DNA of 64,000 bases from Dicyema japonicum (taxonomy: Eukaryota > Animalia > Dicyemida). The position numbers and the translations under genes were made by a program. The notes beneath the pieces were generated by a model, which had not been told where the DNA came from, did no database searches, and was given only the letters and a program-made list of their open reading frames with translations. The stretch is from positions 15,545 through 79,544 of the forward strand of contig RDEW01000046.1 of assembly GCA_011109175.1 (NCBI GenBank). Reading direction: 5' to 3'. Shown here piece by piece: positions 1 through 13,270 of the stretch (the stretch's first letter is position 1; each line of letters starts with the position of its first letter).

Positions 1-525
1 AAGAGAGGAGAATTCAATAGGGTTGTTTATATATTTGATTGTTTGATAAAAATTGCGATGTCTTGAATCGAGAAAGAGATTTAGAAGAGCCACCTGGTGC
101 TTCGAATTGAATAGAAGACAATTTTGTTAAATATCATGGAGAAAATAAGAGAGCAGTCTTTAATTTCAAAGCAGGAATTTCTTCTTTTTTGGAGTAACAT
201 TTAGAATTAGGTTCAGTTATATAAAAGTAATTTCTTGATTTGCAAAAAAAGCGACTGGATTAGATAACTCTTTTGTTTATTAACGAAGAAGGAAACTACT
301 GATACTATCAATCTGCTTCCGAATTGGAAAGCATCTGGAAAATATTAAAACTTTTAAACATGTTACAGAGGGCTTCCAATGCTAAATTTAGGCATAAATC
401 ATTTGGTAAACTTTTTTGCAATTGACAAAATTCAAAATTTTTTAAGTTTTTAAAATATCGTCTTAGTTCAAATAATTAAATAAATTTTGATACGAAAAAA
501 ATTGAAGACGGGTTACGAATTAAAA

Positions 526-1839
526 TTAGTTAGTTAGAGAGATTAATGCAACGCTTTCCTGTATTTCATTTTGTGATTTCAGTTTGATAAAAATTGCGAC
601 AATGAGACATATAAATATTATTCCAACAACTCCACACACGATTCCAATTATTTGATTTTTCGTCAATTTTTTTACGGCTTTACTTTCAAACGAAATAAGT
701 TTTTCAAAACTTATTGTATCTAAATTTCAGTCGAGTTTAATAACCATCTGAAACATAATGATGTTTAATCGTGGATTTTTTGTGTTTAATTTCTGTAGAT
801 GATTGTGTTTCAAAGCATCCTTCATCTAAAATTCAGTCGGATTTATGTACCATCTCCAATAAATTCAAAAATCAAATCATCACGGAAAAATTGTAATTTA
901 AAAGATGAAATTTTGATAGACACATTTTTATAGTTTTGTGAGATGGATCAACAGTGATTATATCCTTGCATTTTAATTTGTTTAAATCGCTTTTTAAGCG
1001 AAACACATTTATCTTTTTTATACCCAACACAAACAGAAAATCTATTAATACGATATTTATTCCCATTTTGTTTATATGCCGTAATATATATGTTAGAATA
1101 ATCACCACGCAATATATATTTATTGTCACTATAATCTTTTGTTAAGACATTATAGTAATAATCACTAAAATGTTCATTTGTTATCTACTTATCAATGCAA
1201 ACGTGTACAATTTCGTTATTGTCAATATATGATATTTTGATAATTCCACTTATTACTGCTCGGATTCTATTTTGGTTAAATAAAAACCAAATAGGCGTAT
1301 TTGGGTCATTATTTGGGTTACAGTCATTAGCTAAATAAATTTTAATAAAAACCTTTTCCATTAAAATAATACGAAAGACTTTTATCGTGATATTGCAACT
1401 TGATTGAATAAATTGTAACAGATATATCATTTGAAAAACTAATATAAGCATAACCACATCGGTAGTAATCCCCATATTTAGTTTTAGGAATCTTTGTGAT
1501 ATTCGTATATCGCTTACCACCTTAAGTACAACAAAAAACGTACCATAATCAATTTCTGTTACTAAGTCAATAGTATAAAACTCATTGTAGAAGTATGGAA
1601 TAAGTTTAAATTTTATGAAAGTGAAAGAAAACAAATCGGTACCATTAGTTTGCCATACATCTATATGTTTCTCGGAAAGTAACATTGATAAACTATATTC
1701 CTAAAGTTAACGAAATATATACTATTGAAGGATTCTTGTAAATTACATATGAATCAATTAATATATATCTCTCATCACATTTTATTTTGACTATTTTGCT
1801 AAACAGAATAATTATGATATAATGAATAGTTCTGTTCAT
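526..1839 (-). CDS. Orphan type I membrane protein, about 405 codons over 5 exons (signal peptide, ectodomain, C-terminal TM helix), with an in-frame TGA at 948-950
   Basis: Manual splicing: ATG at 1839; GT-AG introns 1701-1722 (22 nt), 1165-1188 (24), 826-850 (25), 720-744 (25); TAA at 526-528. Exon lengths 117+512+314+81+194=1218 nt keep frame. N-terminus MNRTIHYIIIILFSKIVKIKC is signal-like; IIGIVCGVVGIIFICLIVAIFI followed by KLK is a TM helix. No family recognised. Confidence 0.7.
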
Positions 1840-2229
1840 GTAGTCTAAATTTTATTAGGTCAAATTTTATTTAAATTTTTATCATGATTGTTTGATATAA
1901 TTATATATTAAATATCTATGATAAAAGATATTTCATTACCATTTTTTATTAAATATCTTTAATTATTGAAAATATAGTTAACATTATCAATTTCTCTCCT
2001 TAACTATTCCTCCATTACTCAACAACGTGAGAATCTTGAAAAATAATTCCAGCTTCATCACTATGCGGCTCCGAATCCTATCGTTTTACTAATCAGCTAT
2101 ACAAGTCAGTAAAACACGTAAATTTAAGAATAAAACCCACGTCACTCCAAATTCTTATTAAAGAGTACCGATTGGAATCAGAAAAGCTGTGGTACTATGA
2201 TGGAACACAGCAAAAACCTCTCATTCCTG

Positions 2230-4480
2230 TCGAGGTCTCTTAATTGATTGTCAGAAGTGTTGTCGGAAGTGTCGATCTAGGTCGTCCGCGGAAGGGTTTC
2301 TCGCAACTGTCAAAGTAATCTTCCATCGCTTTGTTAGCGGGTGCGTCCGGGTTCATTCTTAGTACATGCCCAAATAGCCTCCACCGGGCGTCTATCACAT
2401 CCTTGCTGATGTAAGAACACATACACTTGTTATAGATACCAGTGGTTGATATTCTACGTGGCCACTTCATTCCGAGTAAACTTCTTAGTTGCCTTCTATG
2501 GAACGAATCCAGTTTCAATAGTTCGTTGAAGGAACTTCCCCATGTCCCAGCGTTATACAGTAGGATCGGTTTCACGAACGCGTTGTAAAGCCTGCATCTG
2601 ATGTCAATTCCAAGACTTTGGCCCTTAGCCATACTTTATTCAGTTTAGCCATTGCCGCATTTGCCAGTGTTTTCCTCCTTAGTACATCTTCAGCGTCTCC
2701 TAGTTAAGAGCCGAGCTTATTAATACGTCTCCATCTTTCATGAGTAATATCGTCTTCTCTTTTGATTTCCGTAATTTCAGTTTTGTTAACATTTACGCTG
2801 AGAAACCATTTCTCAAGCTCCGCAGGTGCATTTTCTAGCAGGTGTTGGAGTGCGGTCACGTCCCTTGATACAAAATCCACATCATCCACATAAGATGTCT
2901 CTTCTATGTCTCCTATATAGCATTTACGGAGGTCGCGGAGTGCAGATTCAAGGTATATGGTGAATAGTAAAGGGCAGAGGGAATCACCCTGGGGTGTCCC
3001 AATCGTTGTTTTGAAACTGCGGGAAGTGGCTCCTTCTGACCTCACAGATAGTCTTGTGTTCGAAAGTAGTAGTCTAATTATCCTAACCGACGATTCATCC
3101 AATATTTGCTCAAGCACATTCATCAGTTTCTGTCTGTTTATTGAGTCGAAAACTCTGGAGAGATCTATTCCCAACACGGTCGTTGCGCTCTTGAATCTTT
3201 GGTGCGTTGCGCAACGCCATCTTTGGCTCCATACAATGTCTGCCGTAGATCTCCCTTCTCGGAACCCACTTTGATTTGCTGGCAGGTATAGATCTGCCAC
3301 ACCCTTTATCCGGCTTAGTGCAACGTTTGCCAGCACCTTGCGTATCGAATTCAGAAGTATTATCGGGCGGAGATTTTCTACTGGTCCTTTTGATTTGTTC
3401 GGTTTTTGTATAAGTATTAATAGTCCATTTCCAAGTCCTAGATCGGTATTATTTTCAAAGTCGTCATTTAGGGTTTTTGCAATTGTGTCGCTAAGTTTTT
3501 TTGGCCCATATTTTAGGAGCTCAGGGCTTATATTGTCCGGCCCAGCACTCTTGTTGTTCTTCAGTTTATTTATCCCTAATTCCACCTCTTCCACTGTGAT
3601 TGGGATTTTTAGCGCTTTTGCTTCTCCTTGGAAAGGGGAAAGTCCTTATTTTCTTTATTCAACAGTGTTTCGAAGTGTCGTGCAATCAATTCTGCTTTTT
3701 CTTTCGGGTTACCCACGAATTTTCCATTTTTGTCTTTGATGTGAAGGATGTTTTGTCCTTTCTTTGTCCGCAGCAGCCGCAAAGCCGCATACATCCTTGA
3801 ATTGTCTTTTAGGCATTCCACATCTTTTAATAAAGATGTAATAATTTTTCGTGAGTGTTTTCTGTTCATCTTTTTGATTTTCCACTTTAGTTCCCTTTGT
3901 TGTATATTAAGCTCTTTTTTTTAATCTCGTCTGACGTGTTTGCCGCTTTAAGCCGTAGCTCTCTGCAATGCTTTACCATATCTGGCACGTTCAGGTGGTG
4001 ATCCAATTTTAGGGCGTGATGATTTCGGACTCCAAGGCATATATTGGCCGACTTGGAGATTGCCTGTTTTGTTTGATCCCACAGAGTTTGTACTTATGAT
4101 TCCGGTGAGGTTTTCTCCATAAGAGTCTCGATTTGTTCGTGATAATTAGCTTTACAAGTGGGCTCTAACCACAATTTTTCTGTCTGAAAGTATATATTGG
4201 GCCTTTGTCTCGCCTTCTTCGCGTTTTCAATGTATTTTTTCCCAGTCAGGTGCTTTTTACACAAAGTTTTGCAATGACGATCCTTTGGTCGCTGTCGGTT
4301 GTTGTTCCCTGGGAGGAACGTGCATCATTTATCAGGTGTTTATCAGAATTTTGGCAGATAATTTTTAGCTGTAAACATAAGCAGCTAAAATCGGTATTAT
4401 GAATACTATGAGCAGCATGACTGATACTCACATGATTTTCCATAGAGACACCTTCCTCAGGTAGGCTGGAGTCAATCAAA
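2230..4480 (-). mobile_element. RTE-clade non-LTR retrotransposon, copy A (5'-truncated, frameshifted)
   Basis: RT motifs SAGPDNISPELLK, NLRPIILLN, QSGFREGRSTAD, GTPQGDSLCPLLF, YVDD and RTE-type C-terminus LYNAFVKPILLYNAGTW...RWRLFGHVLRM in ORFs 2240-3594. Highly similar to the copy at 43834-46685. Confidence 0.9.
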
Positions 4481-4559
4481 GACTCCGATCTCGTACTTCA
4501 CGGAAATCTATTTTGCCATTACCATCTGACACGACACGTTTGAGAGCATCCACCACTAC

Positions 4560-6110
4560 ATCCATTTCTTGATAGTCCTTGTTACTTAAAATTTAAATAA
4601 AGTCGTCCCCAATTTGAGTGACTTGGAACATGGAATTTGTTCAACCAGTTTTGGTATTGTGTGAGTGAGGTATTATTATTAGTATTGAACCAGAAAACCA
4701 CAGTCATATCCAAAATAAACAAAATTCAGGTGATCCCAGCCTCCGCATCTTTTCTCGGTGTTCCGACTGCGTTCCTGTGCATTTCCGATATGGACGGGTC
4801 CGCATACTCGAGTCCTTCCAGGGGCACAGTACCAGTCGCCTTTATCATATTTTCTAGGTTTCTGGGCAGGATTTCCACACGGGAATATTTTTTAGTAGGT
4901 TTGCTGCCTTCACTTGAATGTTGCAGATCTTGTCCAAATTCGTTGCAGCAAGGTTAGATCCCCAGACATTACATGCGTATCTTATTGTAACCTCGATGAA
5001 CTGTTTGTATATGACATCCAGTCCACTCAGATCTTTTTTGTCTCTTAGGTTTCCCAAGAACGCCTTCAGGAAGTTGATTTTCCTCGTACAAGTCAATAAC
5101 ATATTTTCGACATGTTTTGTAAAGGTTAAGAAAGTGTCAAAGGTAATTCCCAGGATTTTCTGGTATTTGTTTTGCGAGATTTTCTTCCCATCCAGTGTGA
5201 CGTCAATTGATACTTTTCCTAGTCTTCTGTTTGTCGTGAATAGGGTCAACACCGACTTCTCCGTGGTAGCAGTCAACTGATTTCTCCAAAGCCATAAGCT
5301 TAGTTTATTCAGATTGTCCTGTACTCTTCTCGTTGCTTCGATAATACTCACATTTCTCGAAGCAATAACTATATCATCCGCATACGTTAATAACATGTCA
5401 TCGTCCACCTGTTGGAGTGGCAAGTCATTCATCATAGGGTTAAACAAGAGCGGAGATAATGGGGAACTCTGAGGAACTTCATTTGCTAATAATCTCGATA
5501 CAGAACATCGATTGGCATAGTGTACTCGTCGACCACTCAAGAAATTTAAGATTTGCGGATTTGCGTCAATGTTCGACGAATATATTTTGTGCGTGATAAT
5601 TTTCCTCGAAACCGAGTCAAAAGCCTTCTGGATATCAATTGAGCCTACAATCGTCTTTTTCTGTCCTGGTATTTTGTTAAGGCCATCTGTTATGAACTCC
5701 TTTAATGTATTTAGGTGTGTGATAGTTGATCCTCACTCTTTAAAACCATGCTGAAATCTGGCATCCGGGAAAGAATATCGTGTGTGTCATAACCATCTTT
5801 TCTAGGATTCTTGTCTGGACGCACAAGAGCGACAAAGGCCTGTAAAAAGCAAGGTCTTCCCTTAGTTTCCCAGGCTTCAGTATTGGATGAATATTCGAAA
5901 GTTGAGCGCTCGGAGTGAGTTGATGAATTTCTCAATAGTTCAATCTCTTTAAAAATACGCGTTACGATTATGTACACATATTTTGTGTTATCTTTTAGCC
6001 ATTAATTAGTCAGAAGGTTGGGGTGGTGTCGTATCTACTCAGCTTCCTGATTGTTGAAGGCCCTTGTTTCCTTCTCCTGAGCATCGATAAGATGGCAGAC
6101 TCAGGATACG
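4560..6110 (-). mobile_element. I/Jockey-like LINE, reverse transcriptase fragment
   Basis: ORF 4854-5540 contains VPQSSPLSPLLFN, YADDIVIAS, KILGITFD; upstream IDIQKAFDSV read in a shifted frame. Confidence 0.75.
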
Positions 6111-6339
6111 TTAAAAACCTAAGGTTTTAAATAAAAGAATCGTCTAGTCACATAGGATTCGGATTTGAATCCAGTTTAGTTGTAATTGGGAGAACTTGGG
6201 GGATATCCATCACAAGCTACATGTGTAAAATGATAGTACATTCTATGTATGATCTAGTGATAATATTATGTCTTTGACTTTCGCATTTTTCGACAAAGAA
6301 TGCATATGTGAACGTGATTTGACTTTCGCATTGCTCGCC

Positions 6340-6440
6340 AAAGAATGTATATGTACGAGATTCGCTTAAATAACCAGCAGCTCTCACAGGGTTCTCCTGA
6401 TCGTGTAGAAATCCAGTTAGCTGATAGATTCTCAAATATG
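6340..6440 (-). mobile_element. CRE-like retrotransposon C-terminal fragment
   Basis: DQENPVRAAGYL resembles the DPRE..GYLFQRLS motif; DNA is similar to 59180-59240. Confidence 0.45.
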
Positions 6441-6454
6441 TTTCGAAAGACAAT

Positions 6455-6632
6455 ATCGAAAAAAACAATAAATATTTTTTACTGAAGAAGGAAACTATTT
6501 TGAAACATTCAAAAAATTGTCAACTGTCTTTTAAAGCTCCACAATCGAAAAAAACAATAAATATTTTTTACTGAAGAAGGAAACTATTTTGAAACATTCA
6601 AAAAATTGTCAACTGTCTTTTAAAGCTCCACA
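6455..6632 (+). repeat. 89-bp direct tandem duplication
   Basis: atcgaaaaaaacaataaatatttttt...aaagctccaca starts at 6455 and again at 6544. Confidence 0.9.
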
Positions 6633-8199
6633 TAAACCAAGTTTCCAAAACTTGAAAAAAATTTGGTTGAATGGATGGAAGTAATAGAGTCTGAAGGTAC
6701 TTTTCGAATTTCAAAAAGAAATCAAAAAAATAAAAGTAGTTAATCAAAATTCAATAAGGGTATTTGAATGTTAGGATAAGTAATATCCACCATTATATAA
6801 AAACAACTGTAGTGATTTACTATACAGCTCAACTCTCGGTATATAGGGCAGTACAAGTTTATTAATAGATTATCTACTATAGATGTGGAACGGGATTCCT
6901 TCACTTTTGTAAAGAAAACAGAAACTCACTTCTCATATTCCTGTTCCAGAAAAAAGAAAGTCGGTGCTCAGAGGTTTTCTTCCACAATCGATTTCCTGCA
7001 AAAGCGCGAAAGAAGGCGCTTCCGGACAATGCTAGATACAATGAGGACCACAAACGTAAAATATTTGGGGTGAAGTGGGATCATCTAACTGTCCGGTGAA
7101 ATGAAAAATTCCAGATCATGGTAACATCAACCTAACTTTAACGAGATCCAGACGAGTTCCAACATATCTGCAAGCTTTTCCCATCTTCTACATTACTGGT
7201 TTTCATGAGAAAATATGGGGGGAAGCCATTATCAGTTGATTTTGATTCCTTTTTCCGTTTATTTAGTTTAACAAAATTGTCCGCAATACCAAATATGTTT
7301 AATTGAGTCATCCAGAAATAAGACTAAGGCGAAAATCCTCGATTATGTTATCTTCTTTGACAACTAATTAAATGAAGAGATCGGACGAAAACTAGTGATT
7401 TGAAAGAATATTCTCGTCGTAGTGACAGCAAAAGAGTAATCAGCTACATTTAACAACTACTATCTTAACGAGGTCAGTGTGCATGAATGTGCCTCGTGAA
7501 CTTTTCTTAAGGATCACTCGAAAAATCTTCTTTTCCACGGAACAGATAAATTGGAAGTGAATTAGGTAAAACTCTCACCAGCATGTAGCTGGCTGATGTT
7601 TGTTTTTCGTAACGTGTTTACTTTTGAACTCTTCGACCACTGTTTGTACTGAGCATTTCCTACATTCGAGTGATCTTAAACGACTTTACTGTCGACGAAC
7701 ATAGAACTGAATAGTCAGGTAATTGAATTTTATGACTGAATCGACCAAAGTGGATAAGCAGAGAGGTCACAAATTTATAATCATTTCTGTGTTTCAGTGA
7801 AGAACCAGGAAACTCATTAGGAGAAGGAGTTACCTAGGAGAAATCCCGATTGACTCTTAAAAAAGATACTTCAACCGAGTTCTAAAGGAATTCTAAAAGA
7901 AACTTTCATAAGTCTTTCGTGTTAAAAATCAACACCATTAAGCATACAAAATTATTTATAATTTTACTAAAAGGGAAATTGCTCGAACTTACGAGAATTT
8001 CAAGATAAAAAAATACGACAACCTCTCCACAAGATTCCATATACAGCCCGTTTTTGTAGAGATGAGTAAAGCCTTCGGGTCCAAACGGTCCCTTTTCTAA
8101 GATCGCTTGGGTAAATGATTTCAAAAGTTAGTAATGAGCGTCAGGAAACCAAATGGTTGCTCCAAAGGATTTTTATGGTAGTTGTCAGGAGTAACAGCT

Positions 8200-8450
8200 A
8201 TTGAACCATCCGTCAAATAATTGACTTTTTTTAAAGAAAATATACAATATAAAACCAACCCAAATAGGGGTCGGCACTCCTGGGGATGTGAAGCAGCAGT
8301 TCATGCTGTCCGTAAATTTACTAAAACGAGCGAGAATATTTTTCGTGTAATCTTCAAAATTGATATCAAAAACGCCTTCAACACGATAGGACGTGATACA
8401 ATTATTGAGGATTATTTTACATTCAACCCATCGATGTACAATTATGTTCA
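8200..8450 (+). mobile_element. CRE-like retrotransposon RT fragment
   Basis: GCEAAVHAVRKF...KIDIKNAFNTIGRD matches the CRE-clade GCEAAVH...DFxNAFN RT signature. Confidence 0.65.
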
Positions 8451-8652
8451 TACCTCATGGAAAACATTCCAGCCTGGTCTACTTTCATGGTATTTAGCTT
8501 CTCAAAAAAACGAATTGAAAACATCCGAGAACGAACTTCAAGAACTGAGAAAAACGATTCGATGCAAAAACAAGTCGATAAATTGAGAGTTTATAGTCTC
8601 ATCATGTTAGAACATTATATATAAAAATCGATAATTTTACATACGCGCTTGG

Positions 8653-9075
8653 AGGAAGTAAAAAGGAGTTGCAAGTAACATAGAAAAATTTGGCCAAAGT
8701 CAAGGTCGACCCCACCAATTTGGGGACAAAGTCAAAGGAGCTATCAAATGTGTAGAAATGTCATTTTTTTTATATAAAAAAACAATGTCTCCTTCATTTC
8801 TAGGCGACAAAGGAATTAAGTGATAAGATCTAAGATTCGTGTAATCTTAAAAAAGATATTTTTCTGTAANAGGAAGTAAAAAAAGAGTTGCAAGTAACAG
8901 AAAAATTTGGCCAAAGTCAAGGTCGACGCCACCAATTTGGGGACAAAGTCAAAGGAGCTATCAAATGTGTAGAAATGTCATTTTGACTTAGAATGAAAAA
9001 AACAATGTCTCCTTCATTTCTAGGCGACAAAGGAATTAAGTGATAAGAGATAAGATTCGTGTAATCTTAAAAAAG
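8653..9075 (+). repeat. About 219-bp tandem duplication with an N at the junction (probable assembly artefact)
   Basis: ggaagtaaaaa...agttgcaagtaac unit starts near 8653 and 8872; lone n at 8870. Confidence 0.8.
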
Positions 9076-9188
9076 ATATTCTTCTGTAAAATCTCAAATT
9101 TCTCAATGAGATGGTCACAAGAATATTTTTTCAATATTAAAGTTAGCAAGCTTCTCAAGTGAATTGTAGACTTGACTAAAAAGAGTAA

Positions 9189-9494
9189 TAACAATAACAG
9201 TCTTTTCACGAGAGCCATAATATTTATAGCTCCGCATAGGCAGGACACACACTTTATCTAAGTAAAGAACAGTTAATTTTAACTAATCGTAGAACCAAAA
9301 AATGATCTTCACTTTTTTTTCTTGTGTGTGGGTCCTTTCTAGACAATCCAGTTCCGCAGTGAATATCCGGCCCACTCGTCAAACCCTTTTAGCATCGTAG
9401 ATGCGTGGAACCTTACACCAGGTGAATAGCAGCGAGAATCGAACCCGTAACCTAAGTCACTTTAGCCTGACACCGAACCACTATTCCACCCGGC
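9189..9494 (-). mobile_element. tRNA-derived SINE, subfamily 1, full length with target-site duplication
   Basis: Head GCCGGGTGGAATAGTGG (A box) and GGTTCGATTC (B box), shared core, tail ...ctatgcggagctataaatattatggctctcgtgaaaag; direct repeat ctaaaaagagtaa at 9176-9188 and 9494-9506; near-identical copies at 41483 and 53435. Confidence 0.9.
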
Positions 9495-10472
9495 TAAAAA
9501 GAGTAACTTTTGATTAAATAAAAGTAAAATTAGTCTGATTGGTGTTATCTCATATTCTTACTCCCCCGAAGCATTCGTTCATTCTTTTGCTGGTTTTTAT
9601 GAACTCAGAGTTTAGCTTGTTCTATATTACCGGATCAAATTCCTACTATCTATTTGTCCCCCATAATTTAGAACTTCAACCTGATTACCTGCATGTGCGT
9701 TATACCTTCTCTCATGTTTCCTTATTGATGTTCAGTCTGCCTTTATAATAATTTTGATTTTTTTGTGGCGAGATATCCAACACTTAAGATCTCCTCACTT
9801 TGACCTCCTTTTCCTTCAACCTACTTTTAATTAAAAATTCAACCTCTTGTAGGCAAGAATGATCAGTCTTGATGCCATAGGAAGGACACGTTGACTATTT
9901 AACTAATATGCTAAAACTAAATTCAATGTAAAAAAATCATAGACAAAACATCGTAAAAGATGATAGCTTCTTTGGGTCATAAACAACGTCAAAATATCTG
10001 GACTTTTGTGCAGATATCACAAAAAATATATCACAATCTGACAGCCATCGGCCAATCATTCTGGAATGAATGCTTCAAGATTCAGTTATGAAAATAAAGT
10101 ACAGTTTGATGCACCAACACGGATGACTTCATAACTATAATTGGAGATAAAAACGTATGTACTTGTGTGGGAAATCAAATTAATGAATTGATTATTTACA
10201 CTTGGTTTTAATAAAGAAATCCTTGAGGAGACTTTGAATGGAAAAGAAGGTTGTCAATTAATTAGTTATTAGTTTAGTTTTTTTTCTAACTCAATCTAAA
10301 AAAATCCTTTAGACACGAATTCAATAATAAGAATCAGGAACCGATCTCCAAATTAGATGAGGTCGAAGACCTGTTTTATCAAAATAAGGGTAAAAGTGAT
10401 GATGTAAATTAAATATTAATTTGCAGAGAAAAGTTGTAAATAAAGTAAACAAAGGTAATAATATTAAATCAA

Positions 10473-10880
10473 TCATATTGTTTCTTTAAGAACAAATCGT
10501 CGATGCTGCTCTTCAGGGTACACGTGGACGAATGTTTTGAATATCTTCAGTCCAGAAATGACAGGCTCGTAGAGAGGACTGTCTTCCAATGGTTTTAGCT
10601 GCTCACATGAAAATAGAACACGTCCATCAGTCATCGCAGATAACGCAGATGTTCTTCTATTCAAATGAACCTAATTTGAATAGCACGTGGTAACATTTAG
10701 TCCGGGGTACCAGTCCAGTCCTCTCCCTTGTGTTACGAGTACTGAGTGCTTCAAAACGAATTGTCCTTCCAATACTTTTACTCCACGATTTTTTCTTGGA
10801 CGGCGTTTACATTGAATTCCGCGATTTGCAGCAAAGCGGACTAATTCTTTTGTGAATGAAAATGAAGGGAAAAACCGCAT
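10473..10880 (-). CDS. MRPL27: Mitochondrial ribosomal protein L27 (bL27m)
   Basis: One 24-nt GT-AG intron (10671-10694) joins two ORFs: RGVKVLEGQFV...LVTQ...WYPGLNV...LSAMTDGRV...KTFVHVYP...FVL, collinear with animal MRPL27 (GIKKMEGHYV...TQR...WHPGAHV...KTFVHVVP...FKL). Confidence 0.9.
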
Positions 10881-11079
10881 TTATAACTCACAATACTCTC
10901 ACCACAAAACAAAATATTTTGAATTTTTTATTAAAATCACCATTTAAAATTATTTTCAATTATAATTAAATAAAATGTATATTCTCCACCAAACAAAAAT
11001 TGAAACACGTTTATGGTTGGTTGAACGTCACGTAACTCGCCAAACTGGAGACATTTTAAAGAAAAGAGTTACACTGCCC

Positions 11080-13270
11080 CTATTTTACAAGGTGGATTGA
11101 CAAGGACGGACTGTCTCTGTGTGGGGACGTCGAATCGAACCACGGACCCCTAAAGATCTTGCAAATAAGTATAAACGGGATCAAATGTAAGATTTTCGAA
11201 CTCAGAAACCTTATGGAGAAATATAGAATTGATGTCCTTCTATTACAGGAATTCAAACTCAGAAGTGCGAACACAACTCCAAAATTTCCTGGATGCTCAG
11301 TTATCCGCAGAGATAGATGTGGAAAATTTGGGGGAGGCTTACTAACTATCTTACGAAACGGGATCCCTTATGAAGATATCACCAAATACGTTTACAACCG
11401 CCTCCAAAATCATGAAAGTATCAAAATTCTGGCTACAAAAATCCAACTCCCAAGGTTACGTCTTACTCTGATCAATTCATATCTACTTCCTTTATCATCA
11501 GCCACTTGCCCAAAACTTTCGTCGATCAGCTCACTAAAGAACGTTCTTATTTGCGGTGACCTAAATGCAAAATACCTGCTCTGGCTGATGGTCAGACGTC
11601 AAACAGGCGGGGAGACGTGCTAATCGAAGAATTGGGAACCTTTTGCATCCTAAACGACCCTAACTGTCACAAAAGAACCCCCTCAAGACAAAATGATAAA
11701 CCATCATCCCCTCACGTTTCAATCGCGTCTCCCTTTCTGGCTTCTTCAATTTCATGGAGCGTGAAATACGAAACTATGAATGCTCATAATCCGATCATTT
11801 TACAAATAAAAACAAGATCAAATTATAGAAGGTCACTCACTTTGATAAATTACAAAAGTACAGTATAAAAGGTCTGGAACAAAATCAAGTCTATCAAAAG
11901 GTCTTCTGATGAACTGCAAAATTGGATATCATTACAACCAAACACGTTAATGAAATACTATGATTACATAGCTCATAAAAATTACTCCAAAGAACACCAA
12001 GTACTCTTAAACAGAATAAAACTGAAAGGATCATACATGTGGACCATATTTACGGCGAAGGACGTCTAGTGGGCAATATCAAAGACCCGAAACTTAAAAA
12101 CCCGAGGTCCAGACAATATTTCTACAACGGAACTAAAGCATATAGAACTTCTTGCTTTAGATTTAATTGCTTACATATTCACAATGTCAATAAATATTAA
12201 CATTATTCCGGATGTCTGGAAGAGATCATACATCAAACCGATCTTGAAACCAGGAAAATCCGAAAATGACCCCTCTTCCTACAGATCAATCTTCGAGAAC
12301 TGGATTTTTTTACTTCCCATTCAGATTTTATGGATGGCCTTGAGTGTGATATTGAAAGGTCTCTGCTTCTACAACGCGGGTAACTGGAATTGCCTCATTA
12401 TTCAGTCTCTTCGAGTGAAAGAAACCTATGGCTAACTGAAAGTAACTACCAAAACGATGTCCCAGGGAATCGTCAGGTTTGTTGATTTGATGCAGAAATC
12501 TAAGGCGGAGCAGGACAAAAAAAAGAAATTGTAATAAAACTGCCTAATCCTCTCCTATGTCGACGATATCATTCTTGCCTCCAAGGACAGAACCATTCAA
12601 TCAGCGACTCAGTCCGCTCAACAAACGCTTGAAAAGCTGGAACTATGGCTCTCAAAGCGGAGACTCGACGCATCAGCAACAAAGTCCTCTGTCACGCTGT
12701 TTACCACTTACAAAAGACAGCTCTGTGTCGAACCAAAAATCTTTATGAAGAACGAGGCTATTCCTATTAGCAAAACACCGAAGATTCTGGGAGTCACCTT
12801 TGATCAGGGACTCATTTTTATCCGACATATTGAGAACATAGTAACTTCTCTGAGGAAAATGAGAAATTTAAAAGACCTCTCAAAAACGCTTAGAGACCAA
12901 ACTGGTTGCCTTGTCACGATTTATGAACAATTTATCCGACCCACGATGACGCATGCAAGTCCTTTGTGAGCAATGCAGATTTCACGATCCTTTTCATTGA
13001 AACTATCCGCAATCGAGGAGACCGAAATTGGACCAGATTACAAAATCCAGCCCATTGAAAATTTCTTAATCGAATTACAACGGAAACTCTTAAAGGAGGC
13101 TAGTTTACCGAGCTGCCCTCTATTCTATACACTATCGAAATATCTACAATCATACAAAAATTTTTAGCCCATGCTATGTCCAATGAGAAAAGCTGTACAG
13201 GGTTCTCGACCCCACCGGACTCGTCCTCTCTTTTGTCGGTCTGGGATCACTTAGTTAGATGAGAATTTTT
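11080..13270 (+). mobile_element. I/Jockey-like LINE ORF2 (APE endonuclease plus RT), degenerate
   Basis: QISINGI...DVLLLQE, ICGDLNAK, WKRSYIKPILKPGK..PSSYRSI, YVDD, PKILGVTFD; 3' motif gggatcac at 13243. Confidence 0.85.

Noticed and set aside
2957-3739. Plus-strand ORFs over RTE copy A, and similar antisense ORFs over other LINEs and genes
   Set aside because: Shadow frames of the real minus- or plus-strand coding sequence.
6880-7760. Coding-like segment with several 55-65-codon open stretches
   Set aside because: No consistent exon chain or recognisable family on either strand.
9420-9494. SINE heads (also 19540, 41483, 53435) as genuine tRNA genes
   Set aside because: A and B boxes are present but the acceptor stem does not pair, and each continues into the same core and LINE-like tail.
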